Shown piece after piece: positions 55,182 to 64,000 of a stretch of 64,000 nucleotides of DNA; position 1 is the first letter of the stretch; the number at the start of each line of letters is the position of its first letter. Below the pieces are notes generated by a model, which worked only from the letters and a program-made list of their open reading frames with translations, searched no databases and was not told the DNA's origin. The DNA lies in the sequence record OQ703618.1, one strand, 5' to 3'. The stretch is from Escherichia phage GADS24. Position numbers and translations under genes: made by a program.

Positions 55182-56995
55182 TGGTGTTTAACCCTATGCA
55201 TGATTTCTTTATTTTTGCCTAGATTAAATCCGCGTTCGTTCGGATTTCCCAAATAACCACAAGTTCTTCTTATTGTGTTCATCTTTTTAGGATCAGTTTC
55301 TCCACAAATAGAACAAACAAATCCATTTTCGGTAGGAGTCATTTCATGGGTACTTCCACACGTAAAACATTTATCTACTGGCATATTAACACCAAAATAA
55401 TCTAAATGTTGCGCAGCATAATCCCAGACAGCCTCAAGACCTTTTAAGTTATTTTTCATATCAGGAAGTTCAACATAAGAAATGTGACCGCCTGTCGCAA
55501 TGAAATGATATGGTGCTTCGCGAGAAATCTTTTCAAACGGAGTGATATTTTCTTCTACTGAAACATGGAAACTATTAGTGTACCAGCCTTTATCAGTAAC
55601 ATCTTTTACACTTCCATATTTTTTGGTATCAAGTTTACAGAAGCGATAACAAAGGTTTTCAGCAGGAGTAGAATACAAGCTAAAAGCAAAACCGGTTCTT
55701 TCGGTCCACTGCTTAAGACGAGCATTCATTTTAGTTAAAATTTCTTGCCCAATATCACGTCCGACAAGAATATTCAATTCGTGAATTCCAATGTATCCCA
55801 AAGACACTGAACTTCTGCCGTTTTTAAATAACTCAATTATATCGTCATCAGGTTTAAGACGAACCCCGAATGCACCTTCTTGGTAAAGAATAGGAGCAAC
55901 AGTTGCTTTAACACCCTTTAAAGAACTAATTCTACACATCAAGGCTTCAAAACATAAATCCATTCGTTCATTAAATAGCTCAACAAATTTCTGTTCATTG
56001 AACTGTGTTCCAATATAAGAATCTAGTGCAATACGAGGAAGATTCAGTGTTACAACACCAAGATTATTACGTCCATCAAGAATTTCATTACCAGTCGAAT
56101 CTTTCCATACGCCCAAGAAACTACGGCAACCCATTGGAGAAACAGGAATAGATGAACCAGTGATAGCTTTATTGTTCTTAGCTGAAATAATATCAGGATA
56201 CATTCTTTTGCTTGCACACTCTAGAGCAAGCTGCTTAATATCATAGTTCGGGTCGTCTTTATAAAGATTGACACCTTCTTCAACGAACATAACAAGTTTA
56301 GGGAAAATAGGAGTTATTCCATCACGACCAAGGCCTTTAATGCGGTTTTTAAGAATTGCCTTCTGAATAATTCGTTCAGTCCAGTCAGTTCCAGTACCAA
56401 ATGTAATTGTTACAAAAGGCGTTTGTCCGTTTGAACTAAAGAGAGTATTTACTTCATATTCATAAGCTTGGAATGCATCGTATACGTCTTTTTCTGTTTT
56501 AGATTGGGCATAATTCAACGCATCAGCGATTTGCCATTTTTCTGCATCCTCAATATGTTTTGCATAGGTGCGTTTAACATAAGGAGAAAGTACTTTATCT
56601 ACATTAGCAAAAGTCGTTCCGCCGTACTGATGTGAAGCAACCTGTGCGGTAATTTGTGCCATAATTGCAGTAGCAACACCAATCGATTTAGGCGTTTCAA
56701 TTTGAGCATTGCCGAGCTTAAATCCGTTTTCAAGCATCCCCTTTAAATCGACTAAACAACAATTAGTAAACGGAAGAGCAGGGGAATAATCAATATCATG
56801 GAAATGAATAATTCCGCTTTCATGCGCTTTCATAATAAAAGACGGGACCATATTTTTGGCAATGTGCTTAGACACAATACCAGCCATAAGGTCCCGTTGA
56901 GTTGGAAAAACACGAGAATCTTTATTAGCATTCTCGTTCAAAAGATCTTTATTAGTTTTATGAATTAATCCTTCAATTTCTTTTTCAATTTTCAT
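55178..56995 (-). CDS. nrdD: Anaerobic ribonucleoside-triphosphate reductase NrdD
   Basis: 605 aa; C-terminal glycyl-radical motif RTCGYLG and Zn-ribbon CFTCG..CSICG. Confidence 0.9.
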   Translation of the reverse strand: MKIEKEIEGLIHKTNKDLLNENANKDSRVFPTQRDLMAGIVSKHIAKNMVPSFIMKAHESGIIHFHDIDYSPALPFTNCCLVDLKGMLENGFKLGNAQIETPKSIGVATAIMAQITAQVASHQYGGTTFANVDKVLSPYVKRTYAKHIEDAEKWQIADALNYAQSKTEKDVYDAFQAYEYEVNTLFSSNGQTPFVTITFGTGTDWTERIIQKAILKNRIKGLGRDGITPIFPKLVMFVEEGVNLYKDDPNYDIKQLALECASKRMYPDIISAKNNKAITGSSIPVSPMGCRSFLGVWKDSTGNEILDGRNNLGVVTLNLPRIALDSYIGTQFNEQKFVELFNERMDLCFEALMCRISSLKGVKATVAPILYQEGAFGVRLKPDDDIIELFKNGRSSVSLGYIGIHELNILVGRDIGQEILTKMNARLKQWTERTGFAFSLYSTPAENLCYRFCKLDTKKYGSVKDVTDKGWYTNSFHVSVEENITPFEKISREAPYHFIATGGHISYVELPDMKNNLKGLEAVWDYAAQHLDYFGVNMPVDKCFTCGSTHEMTPTENGFVCSICGETDPKKMNTIRRTCGYLGNPNERGFNLGKNKEIMHRVKHQ

Positions 56996-57465
56996 TTTAA
57001 ACTCTTTCTAAGCTGCTTTTTGAATGAAGCTATTAATTGTGTTTTGGTATCAGATTCATTATATTCAAATCCTCTTTGAAGCATCTCAGCCACCATTTCC
57101 TCTTTACCTAGTCTTGAGAACTCTTTAGTTTTGTCTGGAACAAAATTAGGATGGATATTATTATCAGAATAATCTTGTTTCAAATAAGCGAGAAGAGCTT
57201 CAAGCCATTCGAGGTAGTCGACATCACGGCCTTTAAGACCAGAACGGTTGAACTTATGCTTCATTTGGCCTTCTGCTGCGTTGCACAGATTACAGAGTAA
57301 CCCACGAACTCTACCTGCTTTTGGCCCGTTTAATTCGTGGTCGTGGTCAAGATGGTTACCTTGAACATCAGGGTCTAATTCACGGTGGCAAATAGGACAC
57401 TTACCATTCTGTGCATCATAAAATTTTTGTTTTTCTTCTTTATATTTTGCGCCTGATAATAACAT
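56992..57465 (-). CDS. 49: Endonuclease VII (Holliday junction resolvase) gp49
   Basis: 157 aa; near-identical to recalled T4 EndoVII (MLLxGxKYKEEKQKFYDAQNGKC..HLDHDHELNGPKAG..LCNLCNAAEGQMKHKFNRSGLKG). Confidence 0.9.
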   Translation of the reverse strand: MLLSGAKYKEEKQKFYDAQNGKCPICHRELDPDVQGNHLDHDHELNGPKAGRVRGLLCNLCNAAEGQMKHKFNRSGLKGRDVDYLEWLEALLAYLKQDYSDNNIHPNFVPDKTKEFSRLGKEEMVAEMLQRGFEYNESDTKTQLIASFKKQLRKSLK

Positions 57466-57494
57466 GTTAAACCCTTACCTTAAATAGATAAGGG

Positions 57495-57502
57495 TATTTA
57501 TA
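57495..57502 (-). promoter_or_regulatory. T4-type late promoter (TATAAATA) upstream of gene 49
   Basis: Reverse complement of TATTTATA about 30 nt upstream of the gp49 start. Confidence 0.5.
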
Positions 57503-57504
57503 AT

Positions 57505-57684
57505 TTAGTAAACGTTATAAAAGTCTCGATGAAAACGTTTATATTGACGAATCATTTTCTTAGTAGGACGTGTTACTGAAATAATTGAAGTAGTCATAGT
57601 CGGATTGTTTGGAGCGCCAGTCATAACAAATTTCCAGGATTTTTGTCCATTTTTTCTTTCACCATAAAATAATTCAGTTTTCAT
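57505..57684 (-). CDS. Small basic protein (59 aa), RPTK(R/K) motif family
   Basis: ATG ORF MKTELFYGERKNGQKSW..VTRPTKKMIRQYKRFHRDFYNVY; below track cutoff; paralogous to 58109-58279 and 29790-30002. Confidence 0.4.
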   Translation of the reverse strand: MKTELFYGERKNGQKSWKFVMTGAPNNPTMTTSIISVTRPTKKMIRQYKRFHRDFYNVY

Positions 57685-57693
57685 AATAAACCT

Positions 57694-58107
57694 TTAACTT
57701 AAACGTCTTTCTAAATATTCAATGTATTCCGCTGCGGCTTGCATCAGATTACCTTCATAACCATCATTATTTTCTTGGGCGGCTAATTTAGCTAAAGCAT
57801 AAGAAATACGTTCACCTTCGAATTCGCCAAGTCCACCATCACAAACTACTTGGTCAATTTCTTCGAGTTCATCTATTGAATGGGATTCCCAGAAGCACCA
57901 AAGAGAAGTATCACGGTCATAGATGCAAAGTTTCTCACCTGTGTTCAACATCACTTCGATAATGCCATGGTCACCATAACCATCTTCGGTAGTAGTACCA
58001 ATTACCTTGATGATCGTATCTTTCTTTAATTCAGGAAACTTGTCTTGTAGTTCTTCGTCTTCTTTAACAATCTTGAACCATTTACCGCGAGTTTCAGAAA
58101 TATTCAT
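57694..58107 (-). CDS. Hypothetical acidic protein (about 137 aa from internal ATG)
   Basis: Trimmed to MNISETRGKWF; track version overlaps the adjacent small ORF in another frame. Confidence 0.5.
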   Translation of the reverse strand: MNISETRGKWFKIVKEDEELQDKFPELKKDTIIKVIGTTTEDGYGDHGIIEVMLNTGEKLCIYDRDTSLWCFWESHSIDELEEIDQVVCDGGLGEFEGERISYALAKLAAQENNDGYEGNLMQAAAEYIEYLERRLS

Positions 58108-58108
58108 A

Positions 58109-58279
58109 TCAATATCCTCTATAAAAGTTACGATGAGAACGTTTAGCTTTGCGAAGCTGACGTTTAGTAGGACGAACTGTAAATGGTTGTCCAGAGAAAA
58201 AATTCGGATCGGTTTTAATAAGCAAATACCAATCATGCTCGCCATTTTTTAATAAACGGTACAATAATTTAACTTGCAT
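58109..58279 (-). CDS. Small basic protein (about 56 aa), RPTKRQ motif family
   Basis: Trimmed to MQVKLLYRLLKNGEHDW..FTVRPTKRQLRKAKRSHRNFYRGY; track start is TTG. Confidence 0.4.
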   Translation of the reverse strand: MQVKLLYRLLKNGEHDWYLLIKTDPNFFSGQPFTVRPTKRQLRKAKRSHRNFYRGY

Positions 58280-58407
58280 AATAATCTCTTCCCATTTCCA
58301 TATCAATTAATTCATTTATTGAAGGTTCATCATAACATGGTTCTTCGTCGTTGTAAACCGTTTCGACGTCTGGCTCGACAGTCTCCCATCGAGCAGAATA
58401 CCACGGT

Positions 58408-58764
58408 TTAACCCCGGAGTTTATTGAGCTCTTCATAATCAATCCAGGATTCTAGCCCTGATGGCAGGTCACATTCAATGTTCCACAGAAGCTCTTCAAT
58501 GGCTTGCAGGCGATTATATTCTTCAATGGTAATGGTAACCATTGGTGCAACCGGTTCTGCCTTTTTAACCATCATATCGTTCATCAGGACGTAAAGGTCA
58601 TCACGAACGACAGTGTCGTTCCAACCCCATGATTTGGCTTCGTAAGCTAATGATGAAGGGAGCACATTTAAAACTTCAATAATAGTTGGAGCATCAGGAC
58701 CAAGTTCATTGGCACAAACTTCGTATACATCTTGGAAATCTTTAAGATTTAATGAATATGTCAT
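58408..58764 (-). CDS. Hypothetical protein (118 aa)
   Basis: ORF with ATGA overlap to nrdC. Confidence 0.5.
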   Translation of the reverse strand: MTYSLNLKDFQDVYEVCANELGPDAPTIIEVLNVLPSSLAYEAKSWGWNDTVVRDDLYVLMNDMMVKKAEPVAPMVTITIEEYNRLQAIEELLWNIECDLPSGLESWIDYEELNKLRG

Positions 58765-59024
58765 TTAAAATATTCTCGTAGTTGGTCAAATCCACCAATG
58801 TGACTTCCATCAGGAGCAAACACTTGAGGCATAGTCAATCCGACTTGTGATTCACGTCCAAGCTTAGCCAGAAGCTCAGCAATTTTTTCTTCATCGAATA
58901 TACCTTTTTCTGGCATAACATTAATGAATTCGAATGGCTGTTTCTTAACAGTCAGCAATCGTTTCGCATTATCGCAATAAATGCATTTATGAATAGTAGA
59001 GTCATACCCGTACACTTTAAACAT
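58761..59024 (-). CDS. nrdC: NrdC thioredoxin/glutaredoxin
   Basis: 87 aa from ATG; MFKVYGYDSTIHKCIYCDNAKRLLTVKKQPFEF..MPQVFAPDGSHIGGFDQLREYFK matches recalled T4 NrdC. Confidence 0.8.
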   Translation of the reverse strand: MFKVYGYDSTIHKCIYCDNAKRLLTVKKQPFEFINVMPEKGIFDEEKIAELLAKLGRESQVGLTMPQVFAPDGSHIGGFDQLREYFK

Positions 59025-59430
59025 TATTTTTCCTTTCATCAATTAAATATGCAACGCCAAATACAATACATGTAATAAAACCTGTGATACAGATAGAAAC
59101 CAATAACACTGTACCAAAGAACCAAATCAGGTTATCTTTAGTAGTTTGTTTGATATCCATCTCACGAATTTCTATAGCTATCGTATCACCTTTATTCAGA
59201 AGCGTATAAAACGACGGTGATACACGCCTGTCAAAAACTCGTCCTTGCTCATCTTTATAGACGGCAATAAATTCTAATTTAGAATATTTTCCTGTAGATT
59301 GACCTGAAATTAATTCCACTACCTCCACAGGAATTACTTTAGTTTCCATGTAAGTATTCTGGCTGTTCCAAATGAACGGAACGATGGCAAAAACTAAAGC
59401 TGCGATAAAACAACGAAGGCTATATCTCAT
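59017..59430 (-). CDS. Membrane protein (137 aa, TM helices at both ends)
   Basis: N-terminal FIAALVFAIVPFIW and C-terminal FFGTVLLVSICITGFITCIVFGVAYLI hydrophobic segments. Confidence 0.5.
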   Translation of the reverse strand: MRYSLRCFIAALVFAIVPFIWNSQNTYMETKVIPVEVVELISGQSTGKYSKLEFIAVYKDEQGRVFDRRVSPSFYTLLNKGDTIAIEIREMDIKQTTKDNLIWFFGTVLLVSICITGFITCIVFGVAYLIDERKNNV

Positions 59431-59735
59431 TATAATGTTCTCTCAAATTTGTGGAAGCATTTACGGCATTTCAATTTCAAGTTATCAGTAGTCCAGTTAA
59501 CAAGTTGGACTTGGATAGTTCCACATTCTGGGCATGGATGTTTTGCTGCCGATTTGGCAGCATTTTCACGCCGTTCAACCATTTTCATGATTTCGTTCCA
59601 TGCCGGAGGAACGAACTCTTCTTCACCGTGGATTTTATCTCGCTGAACAAATTCAATCTTTGAACTATCGTCAATAAACTTAACCAAGCTATGATTAGTG
59701 CTCATATCAATATCCTCTAAAAGACGTAGTTTCAT
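59430..59735 (-). CDS. Small zinc-ribbon protein (101 aa)
   Basis: CPEC..(18)..CRKC four-cysteine arrangement. Confidence 0.5.
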   Translation of the reverse strand: MKLRLLEDIDMSTNHSLVKFIDDSSKIEFVQRDKIHGEEEFVPPAWNEIMKMVERRENAAKSAAKHPCPECGTIQVQLVNWTTDNLKLKCRKCFHKFERTL

Positions 59736-60685
59736 TATAAAACCTCAATGGCATTTCGTAAACCGTCCGCTTTCGCATTCAGAGCTTTTAACGATTTAGT
59801 TTGTTCTGCAATCTGGGCTTCGACTTCTTTCAGACGAGATTTGAGGTATTCGCGTTCTTCTCTTAAATTATCAACTTTTTCTGCTTTAGGTTCTTTAATA
59901 GACTTAGGTTTATACGTATTAGGGTTCTTCAGCTTAATTTGAATACGAGAACTGAATAACATTGAACCGTTATCTTCGGTTTCGCTGAACATTTCAACAA
60001 CATCCATAGTCTGTAGTATCATACGAAGTTTATAAGACAATGAACGAACGGTTTTGTTATGCTTATTAATTTCTTCAGCTTTCATGGTACCGAGATTACG
60101 TGAGTAGTAATAAGGAACCTGGATATCAATTGATAATGATGCGTTACCATTACCGGTTGGTTTGAATACTGCAGTAACCCAATCTTTAACATGAACTTTA
60201 TTTGTACGACCATCACCGCCCGTGAATAATTTACGAGAATGTTTAAAAAGCATATTCACTTGGTTATTGAATTCACAAGCAAATTTATCAGCAAATTTAG
60301 TTTCAGGAATGGTAGATAACCAATCAGCCAAATGAGTCTTTTTAACATCATTAACAATAGTGAATTCAACCAAATCAGTTTTAGATGTCACAGATTTAAT
60401 AAAGCTTGGCTTCATAAAGTTTTTAATGTTATCACGAGCCACAGTAGAAGATAATAAACGAGAACGTTTGAACCATTGAAGCAGTGTCCCTAATGAATGA
60501 GAATACGCATTCTGAGTATCTTTACAGATATGATTTTCTTGACCTGTGTATGTACCAAAATCTCGAAGAATACCACTTACTACATCTCGGTGTGGAACAT
60601 CAAATCCTAATGAACCGGAAGCACGTTGGGCATGAACGTTAGCGATAAGACCTGCAAAATAATCAATGTAATGTGAACGTGTCAT
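59735..60685 (-). CDS. Hypothetical protein (316 aa) with C-terminal coiled coil
   Basis: Long ORF with own promoter cassette; C-terminal heptad-like region EEREYLKSRLKEVEAQIAEQTKSLKALNAK. Confidence 0.6.
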   Translation of the reverse strand: MTRSHYIDYFAGLIANVHAQRASGSLGFDVPHRDVVSGILRDFGTYTGQENHICKDTQNAYSHSLGTLLQWFKRSRLLSSTVARDNIKNFMKPSFIKSVTSKTDLVEFTIVNDVKKTHLADWLSTIPETKFADKFACEFNNQVNMLFKHSRKLFTGGDGRTNKVHVKDWVTAVFKPTGNGNASLSIDIQVPYYYSRNLGTMKAEEINKHNKTVRSLSYKLRMILQTMDVVEMFSETEDNGSMLFSSRIQIKLKNPNTYKPKSIKEPKAEKVDNLREEREYLKSRLKEVEAQIAEQTKSLKALNAKADGLRNAIEVL

Positions 60686-60699
60686 AATATTTTCCTCTC

Positions 60700-60743
60700 G
60701 TTAAGATAGAAAGATTATACTCCAACCGTCCTTGGTTGTAAAC
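60700..60743 (-). promoter_or_regulatory. Early promoter cassette (CCAAGGACGG spacer family)
   Basis: Minus strand GTTTAC-AACCAAGGACGGTTGGAG-TATAAT-CTTTCTATC. Confidence 0.5.
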
Positions 60744-60747
60744 TGAT

Positions 60748-61683
60748 TTATGGTTTTAATGCATTCATTGCGTTAAAAAGTTTAGAGTACTGCAACTGGA
60801 GCTTGGTAACTACTTGTTGAGCATCACGAAGCTTAGCTTGTGCTTTATCAAGTTCAACAGACAGTTGGTCCATAGTGCCCTTGATTTGATTATAATAGTA
60901 ATCTTCGGCAGGAAGAAGACCATTAGATATTTCCAGTTTAGTCGACGGTGAAGTGTATATAGATGGAGCAGTAGAATATGCACCTAGAACTTCAGCATTG
61001 CCAATTGGGGTTGCAGTAATTGACGCTTCGAACGTCGCATTTTCCTTTTTAAGATTTTGATAGTATTCAGAGTCTTTGTGCCACCATGGCGCAGGAACCT
61101 TTTTACCAATAGATACACGAGCCTGGATAGCGATATGGCCCTTATTCTTGATAGGGTTGATAATATTAAGCTCGCGAGAATAAATTGCTTTAATCTGGTG
61201 GATATTATCACCTAACACTTCCAACGCTTGGTGGAATACACGAGCAACGTTATCATTCTTAGGTTTATACGTAAGAGTGAATTCGTTCTCACTGATAACC
61301 ATAATTTCCAACTTATCGTAAGTATATTTCAAATGTTTCATGTTAATTGCTTGAGGACGAATACGAGAAGCAATGGCCATCAGATTGTTAAGGTTATTCC
61401 GGAACTGCTTAGCGAAATATTGTCCTTCACCACCAATACAAAAATTACGAAGTTTCTGTTTAGCTAATAAACGGCTGAACTCACCATTTTTAATGAACTC
61501 TTTAACGGGTGTGTTAGTAACGCATTCAAATTGAGTAAACTTACGAGAAGTAATCCCATAATATGAACAGACTTCCTCAATCTCTTCAGGAGTCTTTACA
61601 GGCATACGGATAGGATTAGGTCCTGGAGTATATGCGTTCGAGGTAAATTCTTTGATAAGTTCTCTACGTGTAATAAAAGCCAT
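60748..61683 (-). CDS. Hypothetical protein (311 aa) with C-terminal coiled coil
   Basis: Long ORF with own promoter cassette; C-terminal LDKAQAKLRDAQQVVTKLQLQYSKL. Confidence 0.6.
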   Translation of the reverse strand: MAFITRRELIKEFTSNAYTPGPNPIRMPVKTPEEIEEVCSYYGITSRKFTQFECVTNTPVKEFIKNGEFSRLLAKQKLRNFCIGGEGQYFAKQFRNNLNNLMAIASRIRPQAINMKHLKYTYDKLEIMVISENEFTLTYKPKNDNVARVFHQALEVLGDNIHQIKAIYSRELNIINPIKNKGHIAIQARVSIGKKVPAPWWHKDSEYYQNLKKENATFEASITATPIGNAEVLGAYSTAPSIYTSPSTKLEISNGLLPAEDYYYNQIKGTMDQLSVELDKAQAKLRDAQQVVTKLQLQYSKLFNAMNALKP

Positions 61684-61697
61684 TTTATATTCCTCGT

Positions 61698-61738
61698 GTT
61701 GAAAAATTTATTATACTCCAACCGTCCTTGGTTGTACA
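61698..61738 (-). promoter_or_regulatory. Early promoter cassette (CCAAGGACGG spacer family)
   Basis: Minus strand TGTACA-ACCAAGGACGGTTGGAG-TATAAT. Confidence 0.5.
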
Positions 61739-62734
61739 TCATTCCTTAAGAAGTTTTACTACTTGAATAAGATTAGCTCGTTCTGTTTTATTTTTACCGT
61801 TTAAGCCTGCTAATCGTGAGATTTCATCGTCAGTCTGTTGAATAGTTACATTAAGTTCGTTAATCAAAGCTTCAAAGTATTTGATTTGCTCAGCATGTTT
61901 TGATTCAAATTTCTGAACCGGAATAACGTCTTGGTTCAGTTCATCAATAAGGTCTTTAAGAGCATCTTCTTGGTTGATATCATATTCAACTTCTTTTATT
62001 TCTTCAACGAGCTCGTCTTTATATCTAACGTCTTTTAGTCCTGGAGCTGGTCCTGAAATCTCTTCTTTAAGAGTACAAACATATACATTACGGTATCTAA
62101 TGCCGTCTCGCTTGATATCAACTTCGTCAATAAATCCACAATGTTTAAGTCCAGAGCCGATTATGTCAAAATATCCTTGACGTTGTCCTTCAAACGTTAC
62201 ACGAACTACTAAGACAGTTTTGCCACCAACCTTTTGAAGCTCACATTTATAAAAGTCTGTTGAACCTGAATAACGCGGATGAGTTTTAAAGTTCATCTGA
62301 CGATCTAGGCCCATTTGTAAGCGTGCTGATACGGCCATAAAACGTGTTTGGTTCTCGTTAAGATGAGCAACAATCCGTTTCAAAGGCATTTTACCCTGTT
62401 CACGACCGAACAAATCAGTACGTCCTAGATTACGCAGAATGTTGTTAGAGTTAATCATCGACAGAACGTTAAGTTTATTCAGCGCGCTGAAGATTCCATC
62501 GGCCATTGATTTTCCGTAACCTTTACACGCTTTAATAAGCGCTCGCGGGAGATTAGTATAGATTTCAGACGGCATATGAAAATCAAATTTACTAGTCAGT
62601 AATTGATGAACTTGGATAGCAATTTGCTCATAATTAAGTGCTCTGCGATCGTTATGGTCTTTAAACCACACTTTAATCTGTGAAGCACATAAACCGTTAA
62701 TTTCATGTTTTACCGCATCAGATGTAATGCTCAT
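61739..62734 (-). CDS. Hypothetical protein (331 aa) with C-terminal coiled coil
   Basis: Long ORF with own promoter-like element; acidic/coiled C-terminus. Confidence 0.6.
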   Translation of the reverse strand: MSITSDAVKHEINGLCASQIKVWFKDHNDRRALNYEQIAIQVHQLLTSKFDFHMPSEIYTNLPRALIKACKGYGKSMADGIFSALNKLNVLSMINSNNILRNLGRTDLFGREQGKMPLKRIVAHLNENQTRFMAVSARLQMGLDRQMNFKTHPRYSGSTDFYKCELQKVGGKTVLVVRVTFEGQRQGYFDIIGSGLKHCGFIDEVDIKRDGIRYRNVYVCTLKEEISGPAPGLKDVRYKDELVEEIKEVEYDINQEDALKDLIDELNQDVIPVQKFESKHAEQIKYFEALINELNVTIQQTDDEISRLAGLNGKNKTERANLIQVVKLLKE

Positions 62735-62757
62735 AACTATTTCCTCAGATTGAATTG

Positions 62758-62792
62758 GAACTCAGAACCATTATAACCCGTCCTTGGGTAAA
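62758..62792 (-). promoter_or_regulatory. Degenerate promoter cassette of the same family
   Basis: Minus strand CTTTACCCAAGGACGGG-TTATAAT; -35 and spacer diverged. Confidence 0.35.
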
Positions 62793-62796
62793 GCGT

Positions 62797-63324
62797 TTAT
62801 GCGTGAACCGTCTTTAAACGTTCTTCAAATTTCCGAAGAGTACTAATACGTTCTGCTTTCTGTTTTGTATAGTTTGCAATACGTTCTGAAGTGAGAGCGT
62901 ATCGTTCGTTTACTGTTTCTTTCATGAAGTCAGGGATTTCACGAGAAGCTTTAATTTCATCAAACTTATCGAGTACTGCCTGGTCTTCAGCGATTAAATT
63001 TTCGTACATCTCGATATCTTTCTTGATAAACTCGATATCTTCCTGGGTTACTTTGGATAAACGAGATGCTTTATCCTTTTTGTACTGCTCGTTAGTTTCA
63101 CGAGACCAGAATAATGTACGTTTTTTGTTAGTATTTTTGTAGACTTCCACAATTCCAACTGAATCGATGATAGCAATCCAATTCCAGCGAGATTTGAAAA
63201 TCTGACCTCCGTCCACGGTAATCTCATTACCATAAGCAACGTCATTAAAGAACTTGCTTTGTGCTTCAGATTTAAATTTACCGTCGTTATAATTTACCAG
63301 GTTGAAAATATCTTTAGCGTTCAT
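62797..63324 (-). CDS. Hypothetical protein (175 aa)
   Basis: Minus-strand ORF with promoter cassette upstream. Confidence 0.55.
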   Translation of the reverse strand: MNAKDIFNLVNYNDGKFKSEAQSKFFNDVAYGNEITVDGGQIFKSRWNWIAIIDSVGIVEVYKNTNKKRTLFWSRETNEQYKKDKASRLSKVTQEDIEFIKKDIEMYENLIAEDQAVLDKFDEIKASREIPDFMKETVNERYALTSERIANYTKQKAERISTLRKFEERLKTVHA

Positions 63325-63340
63325 GTTTTACCTCCAGTAG

Positions 63341-63380
63341 TTGATAGGTCTATAATAACATAACCATAGACCTTGTAAAC
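63341..63380 (-). promoter_or_regulatory. Early promoter/stem-loop cassette
   Basis: Minus strand GTTTAC-AAGGTCTATGGTTATGT-TATTAT-AGACCTATCAA. Confidence 0.5.
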
Positions 63381-63382
63381 AA

Positions 63383-63670
63383 CTAAAAGAAACTTTTTTC
63401 GGTATTTTTTCCACTGAACCAAACCGACTTCGGGACTTTCTGTAATTTTTCGGATTTAAGTTTCTCTTCCTGTTCTTTCTTATATGCATCCTTGTCGTAC
63501 TGGAACAACTCTAGGGCATTCTTTTGTAGACGGTCTAAGGTAATTAAGGCTTTAGTTTTTCCTTTCAAGGAAGAGTCCTGGCGAACCTCCTCGCTATATT
63601 GCATTGTAGAACTAACCATACGATGAGCATACAGTTCGACTGCGGCTTTAATTTTTTGCATAAAATCCAT
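63383..63670 (-). CDS. Hypothetical protein (95 aa)
   Basis: Minus-strand ORF. Confidence 0.45.
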   Translation of the reverse strand: MDFMQKIKAAVELYAHRMVSSTMQYSEEVRQDSSLKGKTKALITLDRLQKNALELFQYDKDAYKKEQEEKLKSEKLQKVPKSVWFSGKNTEKSFF

Positions 63671-63808
63671 AACATATCCTCTTTGATTTGTACATCATTA
63701 TTTTTAAATATTTCTATGCCCTCAGTAGGTTCCTGGTGTCCTTCTTTGAGGTAAGCCATATGATTATTCATCTTTATGGCTTTTGTTACCTCAGAACTTC
63801 CTATAAGC

Positions 63809-64000
63809 TTATTTCAGTAAAGTTACTTCAGAGATTTCCTCCCAACCATCTTTATCAGTTGAAATAAAATCTGCTACATAAAGAGCCGTACGTAATGATA
63901 CGTTGCGAAGACGAGATACGTTAGCCTTCATCCAGGACAATGCTTTATACGTTTCTGCATCTGTCAGACCACGTTTCTGCATCATGTCAGTAGATAATAT
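63809..64000 (-). CDS. Hypothetical protein, 3' end; frame is open to the window edge (an in-frame ATG-ATG at about 63955 could also start a 48 aa product)
   Basis: Minus-strand frame ending TAA at 63809-63811, no stop up to the window end. Confidence 0.3.
   Translation of the reverse strand: MLSTDMMQKRGLTDAETYKALSWMKANVSRLRNVSLRTALYVADFISTDKDGWEEISEVTLLK

Noticed and set aside
1-64000. CRISPR arrays, tRNA/rRNA genes, integrase or transposase genes, homing endonucleases, group I introns
   Set aside because: No direct-repeat/spacer arrays, no cloverleaf-like conserved tRNA sequences, and no GIY-YIG, HNH or LAGLIDADG ORFs were seen; the T4 tRNA cluster and introns lie in regions outside this window

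Overview
This 64 kb window reads as a contiguous segment of a T4-like (Tevenvirinae) phage genome, most similar from memory to the RB69 group; no database search was possible, so all identifications rest on recalled T4/RB69 protein sequences, motifs and gene order. It runs from the late tail-fibre genes on the + strand (3' end of gene 37, gene 38 chaperone, holin t) into a long minus-strand block of early/middle genes: asiA, motA, 52, ndd, rIIB, rIIA, 39, dexA, dda, srd, modA, modB, soc, 56, 61, sp, dmd, 41, uvsX, 42, 43, regA, 62, 44, 45, 46, 47, 55, nrdH/G/D, 49 and nrdC. The standout feature is a candidate DNA hypermodification system: a sugar-nucleotide biosynthesis cluster (34086-40637) sitting between uvsX and gene 43 where T4 carries beta-glucosyltransferase, plus an orphan GT-B glycosyltransferase (12703-13803) between rIIA and gene 39. 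No alpha- or beta-glucosyltransferase homologue is visible at the canonical loci. Together with dCMP hydroxymethylase (gene 42) this predicts hmC DNA decorated with a non-glucose sugar, most plausibly a pentose such as arabinose. Intergenic regions carry many copies of early-promoter/stem-loop cassettes (GTTTAC -35, TATAAT-like -10, conserved AGACCTATCA element), UUCG-tetraloop terminators and three TATAAATA late promoters. Dozens of small hypothetical ORFs fill the hyperplastic regions; several ORF-track starts are alternative codons and were trimmed to the first in-frame ATG with a Shine-Dalgarno.
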